Made by a program: the position numbers and the translations under genes. Shown piece after piece: positions 27,451 to 38,265 of a DNA stretch of 54,646 nucleotides. The stretch is taken from positions 1 through 54,646 of IMG/VR virus record IMGVR_UViG_3300042312_000318. One strand, given 5' to 3'. Under the pieces are notes generated by a model. The model was given only the letters and a program-made list of their open reading frames with translations, was not told the origin of the DNA and ran no database searches. The DNA comes from a virus (lineage: Duplodnaviria; Caudoviricetes). Each line of letters opens with the position of its first letter. Position 1 is the first letter of the stretch.

Positions 27451-28055
27451 TGTCCCGCATCAATGTCTCTGCCGACACTCGCGAGGTCGATGCGACGCTG
27501 CGCGATTTGCGGGAACGGGCGCAAGACCCGACGCCGGCCTTCGAAGCAATCGGCCGCCTGCTGGTCAACCGCATCCGGCTGTGCTTCCGTCAGTCGCGCT
27601 CGCCCTGGGGCGTTCCCTGGTTGCCGATCAAGTTTCGCGCGCCCGCGGTGCAAAAGATCAAAAAGGACGGAACGCCGGCCTTCACTGCGTCCGGCCGCAA
27701 GCAGCTTGCAGCAAACAACCTCGCCGCTCAGGCAAAGGGTTCTGCCGGCAAGCCGCTCGTAGACTCCGGCGCGCTGCGCAACTCGCTGACCTATTCCGCA
27801 GACCGCGACGGCGTCGAGATCGGCACCGTCGCAAAACAGGCCCGACTGCAGCACTTCGGTGGACGCATCGTGCCAAAGCGCGCGAAGGTGCTGGCGTTCG
27901 CCGGACCAGGCGGCGAGCTGATCTTGTCGCGCGGCGTCACGATCCCGGCCCGACCGTTCATGCCGATCAATCCGCAGGGCCAGCTGATGCTCCCGCCGTC
28001 ATGGAGGAAGGGCGTGCTCGCCGAAATCGCCAAGCACTTCGAGGCCGTGTCGTGA
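27450..28055 (+). CDS. Virion morphogenesis protein (Mu gpG-like)
   Basis: F....SPWG.PW, LVDSG.LRNS, QHFGG, IPARPFM. Confidence 0.85.
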   Translation: MSRINVSADTREVDATLRDLRERAQDPTPAFEAIGRLLVNRIRLCFRQSRSPWGVPWLPIKFRAPAVQKIKKDGTPAFTASGRKQLAANNLAAQAKGSAGKPLVDSGALRNSLTYSADRDGVEIGTVAKQARLQHFGGRIVPKRAKVLAFAGPGGELILSRGVTIPARPFMPINPQGQLMLPPSWRKGVLAEIAKHFEAVS

Positions 28056-28504
28056 GCTGGTCCGAACTCGAAGCCGCCATTGTCGAGCGCCTGAAGGATC
28101 GCCTCGGGGCCGCCGTAAAGCAGGTCTACACGACCGCCGAATACGGCGACCTTGAGGAAAGTTCGCAGGTCACCCCGAGCGTCGCCGTGATTTATCAGGG
28201 CTACGCCCCCGTTTCGACGCCCGGCGCGGTGTACGGCGCCCGCGTGCAGCAGGTCGAGAAGACCTACTACGTCGTGGTCGCCGTGCGCAACGCGCGCAAC
28301 ACACGAACCCGCGAAGGCGCCCGCGAGGCATCGGCGCCGATCGTCGAGGCCGTGATGTCCGCGCTCACCGGCTGGCGGCTGACTGACCTTCCCGACGAGG
28401 GGCCGCTGCAATTGGCCCCAGCGCCGGGCGCTGCGTTCACGGACGCCGGTTACGCCTATTACCCCATCGTTTTCACCAATCGCCGCACGTACCGCGGCAC
28501 CTGA
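28052..28504 (+). CDS. Tail terminator-like protein
   Basis: Position; E.AIVERL, ALTGW. Confidence 0.65.
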   Translation: MSWSELEAAIVERLKDRLGAAVKQVYTTAEYGDLEESSQVTPSVAVIYQGYAPVSTPGAVYGARVQQVEKTYYVVVAVRNARNTRTREGAREASAPIVEAVMSALTGWRLTDLPDEGPLQLAPAPGAAFTDAGYAYYPIVFTNRRTYRGT

Positions 28505-28517
28505 CGAGGAACCCACC

Positions 28518-29267
28518 ATGGCCACCGACCACAGCTACATCGGCACCGGCAACATCCTGATCCGCGAATACGGTGCCGCGGCGCCCTTCGTCGGGGTCGG
28601 CAATTGCTCCGCGCTCACCCTGTCCCCTCAGGAGGACGTGAAGGAGTTGCAGGACTACACCACGCCCGGCGGAGGCAAGCGTAACGAGGTGCGTCGCCTG
28701 ACCGGCGTCGAGATCGGTTACACCTTCCACGACTTTTCTGCGGAAAACTTCGCCCGCGCCCTGCGCGCGCAGACCACGAACACCGCTTCGGGCAACGTCG
28801 TCGATGAACAGGTCGTCGCGTACAAAGGCGGATACACCCCGCTCGCACACATCGCGTCGTCGATCACCGCGGTGCGCCCGGCTGGCGGAATCACGCCGTT
28901 CGCGGCCGGCACCGATTACCAGCTGATCGACGGACAGCTCTATATTCCAAGCACTTCGACGGTCACTGATCCGGTCGCTGGCGCTGCGAACATCGAGGTG
29001 GACTACGCCCGCGCGGCGCAGAAAAAGGTGCAGGCCCTAGTCGATTCGAACAAGCAGTACGAGCTGGTGTTCATGGGGCTGAACGAAGCGCGCAGCGGCA
29101 AGCGCGTTCGCGTGCGGTGCCACAAGGTCAGCGGCGGCCTCATCTCGCAGTTCGCGCTGATCGGCGACGACTACGGCGCGGGCGAGGTCACCGGCGCGCT
29201 GCTCTCCGACACCACGAAGACCGGCAGCGGCATCTCGAAGTACATGACGGTCGAGATGGAGGACTGA
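28518..29267 (+). CDS. Major tail tube protein
   Basis: VGNCSAL.L, F.GLNEA.SGK; position. Confidence 0.8.
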   Translation: MATDHSYIGTGNILIREYGAAAPFVGVGNCSALTLSPQEDVKELQDYTTPGGGKRNEVRRLTGVEIGYTFHDFSAENFARALRAQTTNTASGNVVDEQVVAYKGGYTPLAHIASSITAVRPAGGITPFAAGTDYQLIDGQLYIPSTSTVTDPVAGAANIEVDYARAAQKKVQALVDSNKQYELVFMGLNEARSGKRVRVRCHKVSGGLISQFALIGDDYGAGEVTGALLSDTTKTGSGISKYMTVEMED

Positions 29268-29271
29268 TCGC

Positions 29272-29751
29272 ATGACCGATCGGGCCCATAGCGACGACAG
29301 CGCCGTCCTCGATCCGCCTGCGGTAGAGGTTCGGTTCTTGGGCGAGCAGGTCACCGTTCGCCCGCTGCAAATCCGGCAGATCCCGCCGTTCACGCGCCTC
29401 GTGCGGATGGCGGCCCCGGCGCTGATGCGGCTTTACGCTGCGCGCGGCGCCAAAGACGGGAGCTACGAGAGCGCCTTCCTCGATCTGATCGCGGACCACG
29501 GCGAGACGATAATCGCCGTATGCGCCGTGGCCGTCGATCGCGATGCGGCGTGGGTCGATACGGGCAACGTCGATGAGTTGCTGGCGCTGGTGATCGCGAT
29601 CGTCGAGGTGAATCAGGATTTTTTCGCGAAGCGGGTGGCGCCGATGCTGTCCAAGCTCCAGGCGTCCCCCGCGGCCCAAGCGATGGCCGAGGTCGTCGAA
29701 GCGGCCCACCCCTCCCAGAGTGGGGATGGGCCAACGCCATCGACCACCTGA
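29272..29751 (+). CDS. Tail assembly chaperone (gpG-like)
   Basis: Between tube and TMP; EVNQDFF slippery codons. Confidence 0.75.
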   Translation: MTDRAHSDDSAVLDPPAVEVRFLGEQVTVRPLQIRQIPPFTRLVRMAAPALMRLYAARGAKDGSYESAFLDLIADHGETIIAVCAVAVDRDAAWVDTGNVDELLALVIAIVEVNQDFFAKRVAPMLSKLQASPAAQAMAEVVEAAHPSQSGDGPTPSTT

Positions 29752-29939
29752 TCGCAGCAGGCCACCACCGCGAAGAAATCCTGCGTTACACCCTCGCCGA
29801 GTTCAGGGCCTACGGCCGCGCCGCAGCGCGCCGCCAGCAGCGCGAGCGCCTCAATCGAGCGCGCGACTTGCGCGCCGCACAGTACGACAGCGCGAACTGG
29901 AAGAAGTACCACAAGGCCCTGAGCGATGGCATCGAATAG
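29619..29939 (+). other. -1 programmed frameshift (T TTT TTC) and gpGT-like extension
   Basis: -1 frame is open from 29625 to TAG 29939 (WANAIDHLIAAGH...YTLAEF) with no ATG of its own. Confidence 0.75.
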
Positions 29940-32900
29940 CACCGAGTTCAAGTTCCGGTTCACCGGCGACCTGCGCGACCTGCAGAAGCAACTGCAGGAG
30001 CTGGGGCGCGACCTCGGCGATGCGAAGAAGCAGGGCGCGGGCGTTGCCACCGGCATGCAGACCGGCGTCAGCGGCATCAAGAACGCCGTCGAACAGGCCC
30101 GCTCAAACATCAAGGGGCTCGAAAGCGACCTGAAACGCGCGCAGGCCACTGCGGCGAAGACCGTCGCGGATGCAGGGGGCTCGCCGACGCGCCCACGCGC
30201 AGACTCTGCCGCCGCCATCGCCGACAGCGATGCGGCCCAGCGCCTACTGGAGATCAATCGCCGCGCCGATGGGCTGGAGCAGCGCCTGGCCGCCACCCGA
30301 TTGCGCGGTGCCGCCGCGTCACGCACGGCCGCCAGCGCTACGAAGCAGCAGGCCGCCGCGACCCGTGAGCTAAACCGCGACATCGCGCTCGCAGCGCCGC
30401 AGCTGACCGACATCGTTACGAGTTTAGCCAGCGGTCAGTCGCCGTTCCTTGTGGCGCTCCAGCAGGGCGGCCAGTTGCGTGACATTTTTGGCGGCCTGCG
30501 CCCCGCAATCGGCGCGCTTGGCGGCGCCATCCTCTCGCTCGTCAACCCGATCACCATCACCATCGGCGCGCTGGCGCTCGTTGGTGCCGGGTTCGTAAAG
30601 GGGCAGGAGGAAGGCCTGCGCTTCGCGCGCATCATTGAGCTGACGGGTGGGGCCGCTGGCGTTACCGCTGACGAGCTCGGCGACATGGCATCAAGCCTTG
30701 ACCGGCTTGAGGGCTCGACGCGCGCGTCGGCCGCCGAAACCCTGGGGCGGATCGCGGAGAGCGGAAAGTTCACGGCCGAGCAGTTTGGTCTCGTCGCGAA
30801 AGCATCCGAGCAGATGCGCAACGCGACAGGCCGAGACGTGCAGGCGACTATCGCCGAGTTCGAGAAGATCGCCGACAGCCCTGTCGATGCACTTGAACTG
30901 CTGAGCCAGAAATACAACATCGTCAACGGCAACATTCGCGACCAGATCACGACGCTGGTGGAGCAGGGTCGGGAGCAAGAAGCGTCCACGATCCTGATGC
31001 GCGAGTACGCGAATGCCGTTGACCAGCGCACGCCGGGAATCCGTCAGAACCAAGGCTTGATCCTGCAGGGATGGCGGGCGATCACCGAGTCGATGCGTGA
31101 TCTTGGCGACGCATTCTTGGACATCGGCCGCCAACAGACCGGACGAGAGCAATTTGATAAGTTGTTTCGCGAGCGCCAAAGTCTTCTAGACGAGGCGAGC
31201 TCGGGAAACAAATTTGCGCGCACGCGCATTGCTGACATTGAAACCCAGCTGCGGCAGTTGCAGGACGCCGAGGTAGAGGCTCAGAAAGACGCGCAGCGCA
31301 AGCGTGCGCAGCGCACGGCGGTATCGCTCTCGGCTGAACTCCAGAGCGAGGCAAAACAGTACGAGAGCAAGGAGCAGAAGCGCGCGCGTGCCCGCGTGGC
31401 CGCAATCAATCGCGCTAATGCCGCCATCGAAGCCGCCACCACTGCGGGCGATGCAAAGGCGGCCGAGCAGGCCAAGGCCGCGCGGGCGCAAATCATCGCC
31501 GGGCTCGACAAGGAGGAGGCCGAAGAGGCGAAGCGTCGCGCCGACGCGGGCGCCCGAACCTCGGCCGCCGCGGCAAAGAAATCGGCTGAGGCACGTCGGC
31601 AGGCCGCCGCCCTGGTGCAGATCGACGCTCAGTTGATCGTCGATGCGACCACGCGCGCGCTGGCAGAGCTCGACCGGCTCTATGCCGAGGGCCAGGTCAA
31701 GACCGCGGACTACTACGCGCAGCGCAGCGCGCTGCAGTTGCAGGCGATCGATGCCGAGATCAAGGCAGCCGAAGCCCAGCGCGATGCGGCGGTCGAGATC
31801 GACGAGCGTAAGCGTGCCGAGGCCGACTTGGTCCGCCTGTCGCGCGAACGTGCCGAGATCGGCCCCAAGGCGGCCCGGGAACAGGCGGCGGCCGAGCGCG
31901 AACTGAATCAAGAGCTAGACCGGCTCCGCGCGCGACTCGCGGACGCCACCGGCTCGCTTGGAGAAACCGATCGCGTGCGCCTGGAGCAGGAGCGCGACGC
32001 GCTACTGCAGCGATTCGGAGCCGCCGACCCGCGCGCGCAGGAGCTGGTGCGCCAGCTGTTCGACGTGGAACTGGCCCGCTCGCGTTCGGAGGCAATCGCC
32101 AGTGAATCCGACCGTTTCATCGGCCTGTTGACCACGCGCAGCCAGTTCCTCGCCTCGCAGGTGCAGGTGGGCGCGCTTACGCAGACGCAGGCCGAGCAGC
32201 AAATCCGTGTCGAACGGGAGGCGACGATCCGCCAGCTGGAGGATCTGCTGGTGAAGGCCCAGGCCGCGATGAACGCGAAGCCCTCGCCCGAGACCATCGC
32301 CGCGGTCGATCAGCTCAAAACCAAGATCAATGAGCTCAAGGCGGCCAAGCAAACGCTTGGCGATGCCGCCCAGGAATCGGGCATGAACGCTCTGCGCGGG
32401 CTGTTCACTGACCTCGCATCGGGCGCCGTGTCCTTTGAGGACGCGATGAAACGCGCCGTGGTCGCCTTTGTGCAGGGCATGGCTGAGATGGCGGCGGCGG
32501 CGCTGGCGAGGCAAGCCATCGAGGGCATCACGAGCCTGTTTGGTGGCGGACAGGGCGCGGGCGGGCCGGACATCGGCCAGTCGGCCGCCGCGGGCGCAGC
32601 CTACGCCGCGCCCATTACCGCGGCCGCCGCTGCGCTGGGCTCTGCCGCAACCGCTGGCTCGGCGGGCTTCCAGGCTGTCGCCTTGACCCTGCCGACGGCA
32701 GTGGGCACCTCTGCGAGCGCCCTGGGCGTCGCTGGCGGCGTTGTCACCAGCGGCGCGATAGCGCTGCAACTGGCCGCCGCGCAACTGCAGGTGGCCGCTA
32801 ACACGCTGCTGGTCGCGAATTCGGTCGGGAGCGCCACGGGCATCGCGCACTCGGGCGCCAAGGTCGGCGCGGGCTTCTCCGCGTACCGCCGAGTTCATCC

Positions 32901-33192
32901 GGCTGCCTTCATCGGTGCGCCGCGGTTCCATTCGGGAACGGGTGGCCCCATCGGGCTCAAGCAAGACGAGGTGCCGGCGATCCTGCAGACCGGCGAGCGC
33001 GTGCTGAACCGCAAGGAGACGATGGCCTACGAGCGCGCGCAGCGCGGGACGGCTGGCGGTGATGCAACTCGCGTCGTGAATGTGTTCGACTCCGCATTTG
33101 TGCCCGATCAGATGGACAGCGCGGCAGGTGAGCGGGTTATCCTGAATGTCATAGGCCGCAACCCTGGCCGCGTGAAACAGATGCTCGGATGA
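29926..33192 (+). CDS. Tape measure protein
   Basis: 1088 aa, Ala-rich; QLTDIVTSLASGQSP...QQGGQ; APRFHSG...EVPAILQ.GE. Confidence 0.92.
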   Translation: MASNSTEFKFRFTGDLRDLQKQLQELGRDLGDAKKQGAGVATGMQTGVSGIKNAVEQARSNIKGLESDLKRAQATAAKTVADAGGSPTRPRADSAAAIADSDAAQRLLEINRRADGLEQRLAATRLRGAAASRTAASATKQQAAATRELNRDIALAAPQLTDIVTSLASGQSPFLVALQQGGQLRDIFGGLRPAIGALGGAILSLVNPITITIGALALVGAGFVKGQEEGLRFARIIELTGGAAGVTADELGDMASSLDRLEGSTRASAAETLGRIAESGKFTAEQFGLVAKASEQMRNATGRDVQATIAEFEKIADSPVDALELLSQKYNIVNGNIRDQITTLVEQGREQEASTILMREYANAVDQRTPGIRQNQGLILQGWRAITESMRDLGDAFLDIGRQQTGREQFDKLFRERQSLLDEASSGNKFARTRIADIETQLRQLQDAEVEAQKDAQRKRAQRTAVSLSAELQSEAKQYESKEQKRARARVAAINRANAAIEAATTAGDAKAAEQAKAARAQIIAGLDKEEAEEAKRRADAGARTSAAAAKKSAEARRQAAALVQIDAQLIVDATTRALAELDRLYAEGQVKTADYYAQRSALQLQAIDAEIKAAEAQRDAAVEIDERKRAEADLVRLSRERAEIGPKAAREQAAAERELNQELDRLRARLADATGSLGETDRVRLEQERDALLQRFGAADPRAQELVRQLFDVELARSRSEAIASESDRFIGLLTTRSQFLASQVQVGALTQTQAEQQIRVEREATIRQLEDLLVKAQAAMNAKPSPETIAAVDQLKTKINELKAAKQTLGDAAQESGMNALRGLFTDLASGAVSFEDAMKRAVVAFVQGMAEMAAAALARQAIEGITSLFGGGQGAGGPDIGQSAAAGAAYAAPITAAAAALGSAATAGSAGFQAVALTLPTAVGTSASALGVAGGVVTSGAIALQLAAAQLQVAANTLLVANSVGSATGIAHSGAKVGAGFSAYRRVHPAAFIGAPRFHSGTGGPIGLKQDEVPAILQTGERVLNRKETMAYERAQRGTAGGDATRVVNVFDSAFVPDQMDSAAGERVILNVIGRNPGRVKQMLG

Positions 33193-33201
33193 GAGATTGA
33201 A

Positions 33202-34806
33202 ATGTCCACCAAGACCGGAACCGCCGCGAACTATGCCGCCCTCCTCGACGAGTTGGACGCCTTCCTCTGCACCACTGGCCACGCCTGGGGCCTGACCTAC
33301 GCCGGAACCGGCACCGGTCGGCTGACGGGCTACTTGGGCACAGCGACCACGGCCACCGAGACGATCACCGTGACCGCGACCAGCGCGACCAGTTTCACGG
33401 TCGTCGGCACCGTGTCCGGCTCGCTCGGCACTGCGACGGTCGGGACGCCGTTCGCGTCTTCTGTCATCAGCTTCACCATCACCGCCGGAGGCACCGCGTT
33501 CGTGGCGGGCGACGTTTTCCAGCTCAACACCGGGCCGAAGTGGACGCGCCTGCGCTATGGCGGGTGCATAGAATCAATCTACCGAACCGCGAACTTCTCA
33601 AACGTCGATCGGTTGTTCGACAACACGTTCAACACGACATCGACGATGACGACGACGACGGTGTTCCCCGCGACGGTCACGGTGCAGATGCACAAGGCGA
33701 CCGAGGTTCGCGCGTTTTCCATCTGGAACGGAAACTCGATTGCAAACTCGCCGGCTGCGTTTGGCCTGCAGTGGTCCGACAATGGCACCAGTTGGACGAC
33801 CGCGCAATCGTGGTCCGGGCAGACATGGACGCAGACCTACCAGCGTCGCGACTTCGTGCTGGCCGCCTCGGCCGGCGCGCATCTTTACTGGCGCCTAAAT
33901 ATCACCGCGGCAAATGCGGCGACGCTAAACCTGACCGAGGTCCGGCTGTTCGCGGATGCCACGCTGAAATGGGACGTGTCGTCGCGGTTCGAGTACGCAT
34001 GGGAGGCCCCGGGAGTCGATGGCTCGCAGGAGATCTACGTCGCCGGCTACACGGTCACCGAAAACGGGGCCGACCGTTACAACCTCGGCTTTCGTGGCTT
34101 CCGCTACTGGGTCGATCCGGCGTCGTCCGTCATCGACGTGCCGAACAACAGCCAGGACAAGTTCCTGCTGCTGTCGAAGACGCCGACAGCCTATTGGATC
34201 GTGGTTAACGGCGGTCGATTCGTGATCGCTACGCGCACGTCGTCCGTCTACGAGTTCGCTTACTGCGGATTCGGGCTGCCTTATGAGACCCCAAGCGCGC
34301 ACCCCTACCCCATGCTGATCGGTGCGCCGCACACCGACAACACGAAACGCTGGGACGCATCGAACGACGGCGGCTATCGCAATCCATCGGACCCCGGCGC
34401 ACAGTCGCCCACCGATGGGTCGAACACAACGCTCGCCGCATACATGCCCGACGCAAGTTGGTTGCAGATATCAAACCGCCTGCAGGGCACGGCGAGCGAG
34501 GGCAACTCCATGTCGGGTTCCGACACCCGTGGTCGGACTTGGCCCTACGCGCTTTCGGACACCGGGGCAGTGCAGACCGATCACCTTCGCGACTGCATCG
34601 ACGGCACAAAGCCGCTGCTGCCTGTTGTGGTGATGCGAATCAATGGTCAGCAGCATATGTGGGGCGAGTTCGACGGCGTCTACTGGACGACGGGCTTCGC
34701 GACCTCTGCCGAGGCCCTGATTCGAGACGGAGCGATTGATCACCTGATTGTTCCAAACGTCAATCGTTCCTCGATCAATTCCTTTTGCGCGATAGCGCTG
34801 GACTAA
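33202..34806 (+). CDS. Tail structural protein with internal discoidin/F5-8C-like domain
   Basis: LQWSDNG.SW, YWRLNI; GEFDGVYW C-terminus typical of D3112-like tail modules. Confidence 0.7.
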   Translation: MSTKTGTAANYAALLDELDAFLCTTGHAWGLTYAGTGTGRLTGYLGTATTATETITVTATSATSFTVVGTVSGSLGTATVGTPFASSVISFTITAGGTAFVAGDVFQLNTGPKWTRLRYGGCIESIYRTANFSNVDRLFDNTFNTTSTMTTTTVFPATVTVQMHKATEVRAFSIWNGNSIANSPAAFGLQWSDNGTSWTTAQSWSGQTWTQTYQRRDFVLAASAGAHLYWRLNITAANAATLNLTEVRLFADATLKWDVSSRFEYAWEAPGVDGSQEIYVAGYTVTENGADRYNLGFRGFRYWVDPASSVIDVPNNSQDKFLLLSKTPTAYWIVVNGGRFVIATRTSSVYEFAYCGFGLPYETPSAHPYPMLIGAPHTDNTKRWDASNDGGYRNPSDPGAQSPTDGSNTTLAAYMPDASWLQISNRLQGTASEGNSMSGSDTRGRTWPYALSDTGAVQTDHLRDCIDGTKPLLPVVVMRINGQQHMWGEFDGVYWTTGFATSAEALIRDGAIDHLIVPNVNRSSINSFCAIALD

Positions 34807-34809
34807 ACC

Positions 34810-35772
34810 ATGGCTTACGAAACCGCATCTGCTTCCGGTGTCGCCGACCTTCTCGACAAGTTGCGCGTCTTCGCGACGGCGAACGGCTGGACGCAGAACT
34901 ATTTCGGCGCCCGCACCTCGGGGGCGGGCACGGCCCTGCAACTCACGAAGGGCACGCAGTACGTCACTTTCATCGCTGACACCGGAGCGGGCTTATCGAC
35001 GGACCCGGGGCCGTTCTTCGGCGCGTACTCGCACAACGTATATTCCGCGGGCAACGGCACCGAGAACCAGGCGCAGGGCTCGACCAAGCTATACTCGAAC
35101 GCGATGAGCGGACCCTTTGTCGCCTATCACTTCATGACTGGCGCCGAGCGCGGGTGCGATTACCTATACGTTGTCATCGAGACAAGCTCGGGCGTCTACA
35201 AGCACACCGGCGTCGGTAAGCTGGTGAGCCTGGGCGCGCTGAATACGGGCATGTTTGCCTACGCCTGCAGATGGAGCTATTCGACCAGCAGCGATACGAT
35301 AAACACCCCGAACAGCACGCAGCACGGCGTGCCTTGGGACAGTCGTTGTACGAGCGTTGGCCAGAGCACGCAGGTGCGCGCAGACAGCGATGGCGTTGTA
35401 CCTCGCTGGTATGACGCGAACAGTGGTGGATCGTTTGGGAACCGCATGGGTGGCGGCGTCCGCGATGCTGGCCCGGCGAGCGCGGGCAGCGTGCGCGGCA
35501 CGCTCCAAACTGCGGGGCTGTGCGCAGCAAGCTCCATCACCGGGCGCACCGTGCTCCTGCCGCCATGGATGTACGGCGAGCGCACGTCGAACCTGGGCAG
35601 CCCGCTCGGCTACCCGCCCCACCTGCGGTGGGTGAGGCTTGATTACCTGTCCCCTGGAGACGTGCTGACGATTGGCTCGGATCAGTGGAAGGTGTTCCCG
35701 GTGATTCGGAAAGACGGTGGCGTGGGTCAGGTCAACAGCGGTAAGTACGGCTACGCTTACAAGGTCAATTGA
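34810..35772 (+). CDS. Tail structural protein
   Basis: MAYET....DLL.KL..FA..NGW; GDV.TIG.D.WKVFP. Confidence 0.7.
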   Translation: MAYETASASGVADLLDKLRVFATANGWTQNYFGARTSGAGTALQLTKGTQYVTFIADTGAGLSTDPGPFFGAYSHNVYSAGNGTENQAQGSTKLYSNAMSGPFVAYHFMTGAERGCDYLYVVIETSSGVYKHTGVGKLVSLGALNTGMFAYACRWSYSTSSDTINTPNSTQHGVPWDSRCTSVGQSTQVRADSDGVVPRWYDANSGGSFGNRMGGGVRDAGPASAGSVRGTLQTAGLCAASSITGRTVLLPPWMYGERTSNLGSPLGYPPHLRWVRLDYLSPGDVLTIGSDQWKVFPVIRKDGGVGQVNSGKYGYAYKVN

Positions 35773-35775
35773 GCC

Positions 35776-37440
35776 GTGCCCATCATCGGTTTCCTCTGGG
35801 ACTACTCGCCGGGTCCGCCCTTTCAGGCAGGGGCCTCGTTTGACCCCACCAAGGGTGCGGCGATGTCCTTGCGGGTCGCCTCCTCGGTGCTGACATTTGG
35901 CCGAACCGATGCGCCGCTGGCGCTCGCTGGCGCAACGCAGCCGATGTTCGGCATCGACTTCTACAACCGATTCCATTTCAGCGCGCTAGCGTTCGAGCTC
36001 GGGAACGTCGTAGGCGAGCAGCAGCGCACCGTCGTCGTCTGGAATGCGTACCGGCGCGCTCGCGTCCTAGAATCGCTGGTGAAGGAAAACGCGGCGGGTA
36101 TCTCCATCGGCGGCCATCCGCTGCCCCCGCTGCAGTTTGCCCCGCAGCAGGAGCGAACCTACACGATCACCATCGGCACCAATGGTCCGCCGGTCATCCT
36201 CGCAACGATCACCTTCGACTTCGATGAGGCGCAGGCGGTCAGCATTGAGCTGACCGGCACGCGCGTGACGGCGTGGTCGTGGCGCCCGAACTGGGCGAGC
36301 CCGATGCTTGAGCGGCTGGAGTGGCTGACGGACGTGTTGCGCGCGTACCGCGGCGAGGAGCAGTCTCGATCGCTGCGCCTGAACCCGCGCCAGTTTCTGG
36401 AATTCGGCATGCTGCCGGATGGTCAGGAGCGCCGGCACATGGAAGCGGCGATATGGTCGCTGGGCGCCCGTGTGTGGGCCGTGCCGCTGTGGTTTGACGG
36501 CGCCGATCTGACCGCACCGCTGCCGATCGGGGCGACCAGCATCCCGACCAATACGGCCGCCCGAAACTATCGCGCAGGATCGTTCGGTATGTTGCTGGGC
36601 GAGTCGTCGCGCGTGTTCGAAATCGTCGAGATCCAGTCGGTCAATCCTACCGAGCTGGTGCTGGCACGACCAACTGCAAAGGCTTGGCCGGTTGGGGCGC
36701 GCATCTATCCCGCGCGAGCCGCGCGCATCGACGATAACCTCATGCTGTCTCGCTTCACGGGCCGGGCGAGCGACCTGCGCGTGCGCTTCGAAATGATCGA
36801 GCCGGAGCAGTACGCGGCCAGCGCCGGCGGCGTGACCTATCGCGGATACCCGGTGCTGACCGCGCGCCCCGATTGGTCCGAAGACCCGACCGCGACCTAC
36901 GAGCGCAAGCTGGCCGTCTTCGATCCGGGCACTGGGCCGGCGGCCACCGAGGACGAGGCCGAGATGCCGATGGTCGAACAGAGCATGCGGTGGGTACTCG
37001 ACAGCCGCGCGGAGATTGATCGCCACCGCAAGCTCGCGTTCGCCCTCCGCGGCAAGGCCGGCCGTATCTGGGTTCCGACTTGGGCCGATGACCTGATCGT
37101 GGTCGCGGCGATCGGCGACAGCGCGCTGGCGATCAATGTCGAATGGACCGGGTACACGGAATACTACAAGATGGACCCGAACCGTCGCGACCTCCGTATT
37201 GAGCTTGTGAGTGGCGCTGTTTACTATCGCCGAGTCACTTCAAGCAGCGTCCTTGACGAGAACACCGAACGACTGGTGATCGACTCGGCGCTGGGTGTAA
37301 ATGTTCAGCCGCTAGAAATCGTGCAGGTGTCGTTCATGGCGCTCTCCCGACAGTCGGGAGACGCGGCCGAATTCGCTTATTTCAGCGGTGAGGTGGCCGA
37401 GGTCGCGACCTCCATGAGGAGCACACGTAACGATGTCTGA
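35776..37440 (+). CDS. Tail structural protein
   Basis: ERLEWLTDV.....G.EQ, GRIWVPTW. Confidence 0.7.
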   Translation: MPIIGFLWDYSPGPPFQAGASFDPTKGAAMSLRVASSVLTFGRTDAPLALAGATQPMFGIDFYNRFHFSALAFELGNVVGEQQRTVVVWNAYRRARVLESLVKENAAGISIGGHPLPPLQFAPQQERTYTITIGTNGPPVILATITFDFDEAQAVSIELTGTRVTAWSWRPNWASPMLERLEWLTDVLRAYRGEEQSRSLRLNPRQFLEFGMLPDGQERRHMEAAIWSLGARVWAVPLWFDGADLTAPLPIGATSIPTNTAARNYRAGSFGMLLGESSRVFEIVEIQSVNPTELVLARPTAKAWPVGARIYPARAARIDDNLMLSRFTGRASDLRVRFEMIEPEQYAASAGGVTYRGYPVLTARPDWSEDPTATYERKLAVFDPGTGPAATEDEAEMPMVEQSMRWVLDSRAEIDRHRKLAFALRGKAGRIWVPTWADDLIVVAAIGDSALAINVEWTGYTEYYKMDPNRRDLRIELVSGAVYYRRVTSSSVLDENTERLVIDSALGVNVQPLEIVQVSFMALSRQSGDAAEFAYFSGEVAEVATSMRSTRNDV

Positions 37441-37452
37441 TGGAGCGCGCCA

Positions 37453-38265
37453 ATGACCTACGACGGACGAGAGCGCAGCGCGGACCAGGCTCGCCCGGTC
37501 GAACTCTACACTTTCAATCGCGATTACATCGCGTGGCGCTACACCAGCGCGGACGCCGATCGCGTCATCGACTTCATTACCTACACGCGGGCGCCGATTA
37601 GGCGTTCGGACATCGAGCAGGGCCAGGAGTTGAATCGGTCCAGCCTAAAGCTGCGCGTGCCTCGCGACTTCGAGGTCGCTGCGCTTTACGCCATATCCCC
37701 GCCGTCCGACACGATCACGCTGACCTTGAGGCAGTACCACGAGGGCGACGCAGAGGTGGCGACCATCTGGACCGGGCGCATCCTGAGCGTCCGCTTTGAG
37801 GGCTCTGAGGCCGAGATCACGCTGGAACCGCTGCAGACGAGCATCCGCCGGAATGGCCTGCGGCGCTACTATCAGCGCATGTGCCCACACGTCCTGTACG
37901 GCGCTGGGTGCGGGTTGAACCGCAGCGCGTTTCGCCTAGTCGCCACGGCCGACACGGTTGCAGGCATCAAGATCACGGCGACCGAGATCGCGACGCAGCC
38001 CGATGGCTACTGGGCCGGCGGCTACGTCGAGTGGGCGGTGGCGACCGGGGTTTTCGACCGGCGCTACATCATCGCGCACGCAGGGCCTAGCATCGACCTC
38101 GACATCGCCCCAGTAGGGTTGACGGCTGGGATGCAGGTAAATATCTATCCGGGGTGCGATCGCACGGACACGACGTGCGACACGAAGTTCGACAACATCA
38201 TCAATTTCGGCGGCATGCCGTATATGCCTCTCAACAACCCGTTCGGAAATGAGCCTCTTTACTAG
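37453..38265 (+). CDS. Tail protein, DUF2163/BR0599 family
   Basis: C.H.LY...C, PGCD.T..TC..KF.N..NFGG.P. Confidence 0.85.
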   Translation: MTYDGRERSADQARPVELYTFNRDYIAWRYTSADADRVIDFITYTRAPIRRSDIEQGQELNRSSLKLRVPRDFEVAALYAISPPSDTITLTLRQYHEGDAEVATIWTGRILSVRFEGSEAEITLEPLQTSIRRNGLRRYYQRMCPHVLYGAGCGLNRSAFRLVATADTVAGIKITATEIATQPDGYWAGGYVEWAVATGVFDRRYIIAHAGPSIDLDIAPVGLTAGMQVNIYPGCDRTDTTCDTKFDNIINFGGMPYMPLNNPFGNEPLY

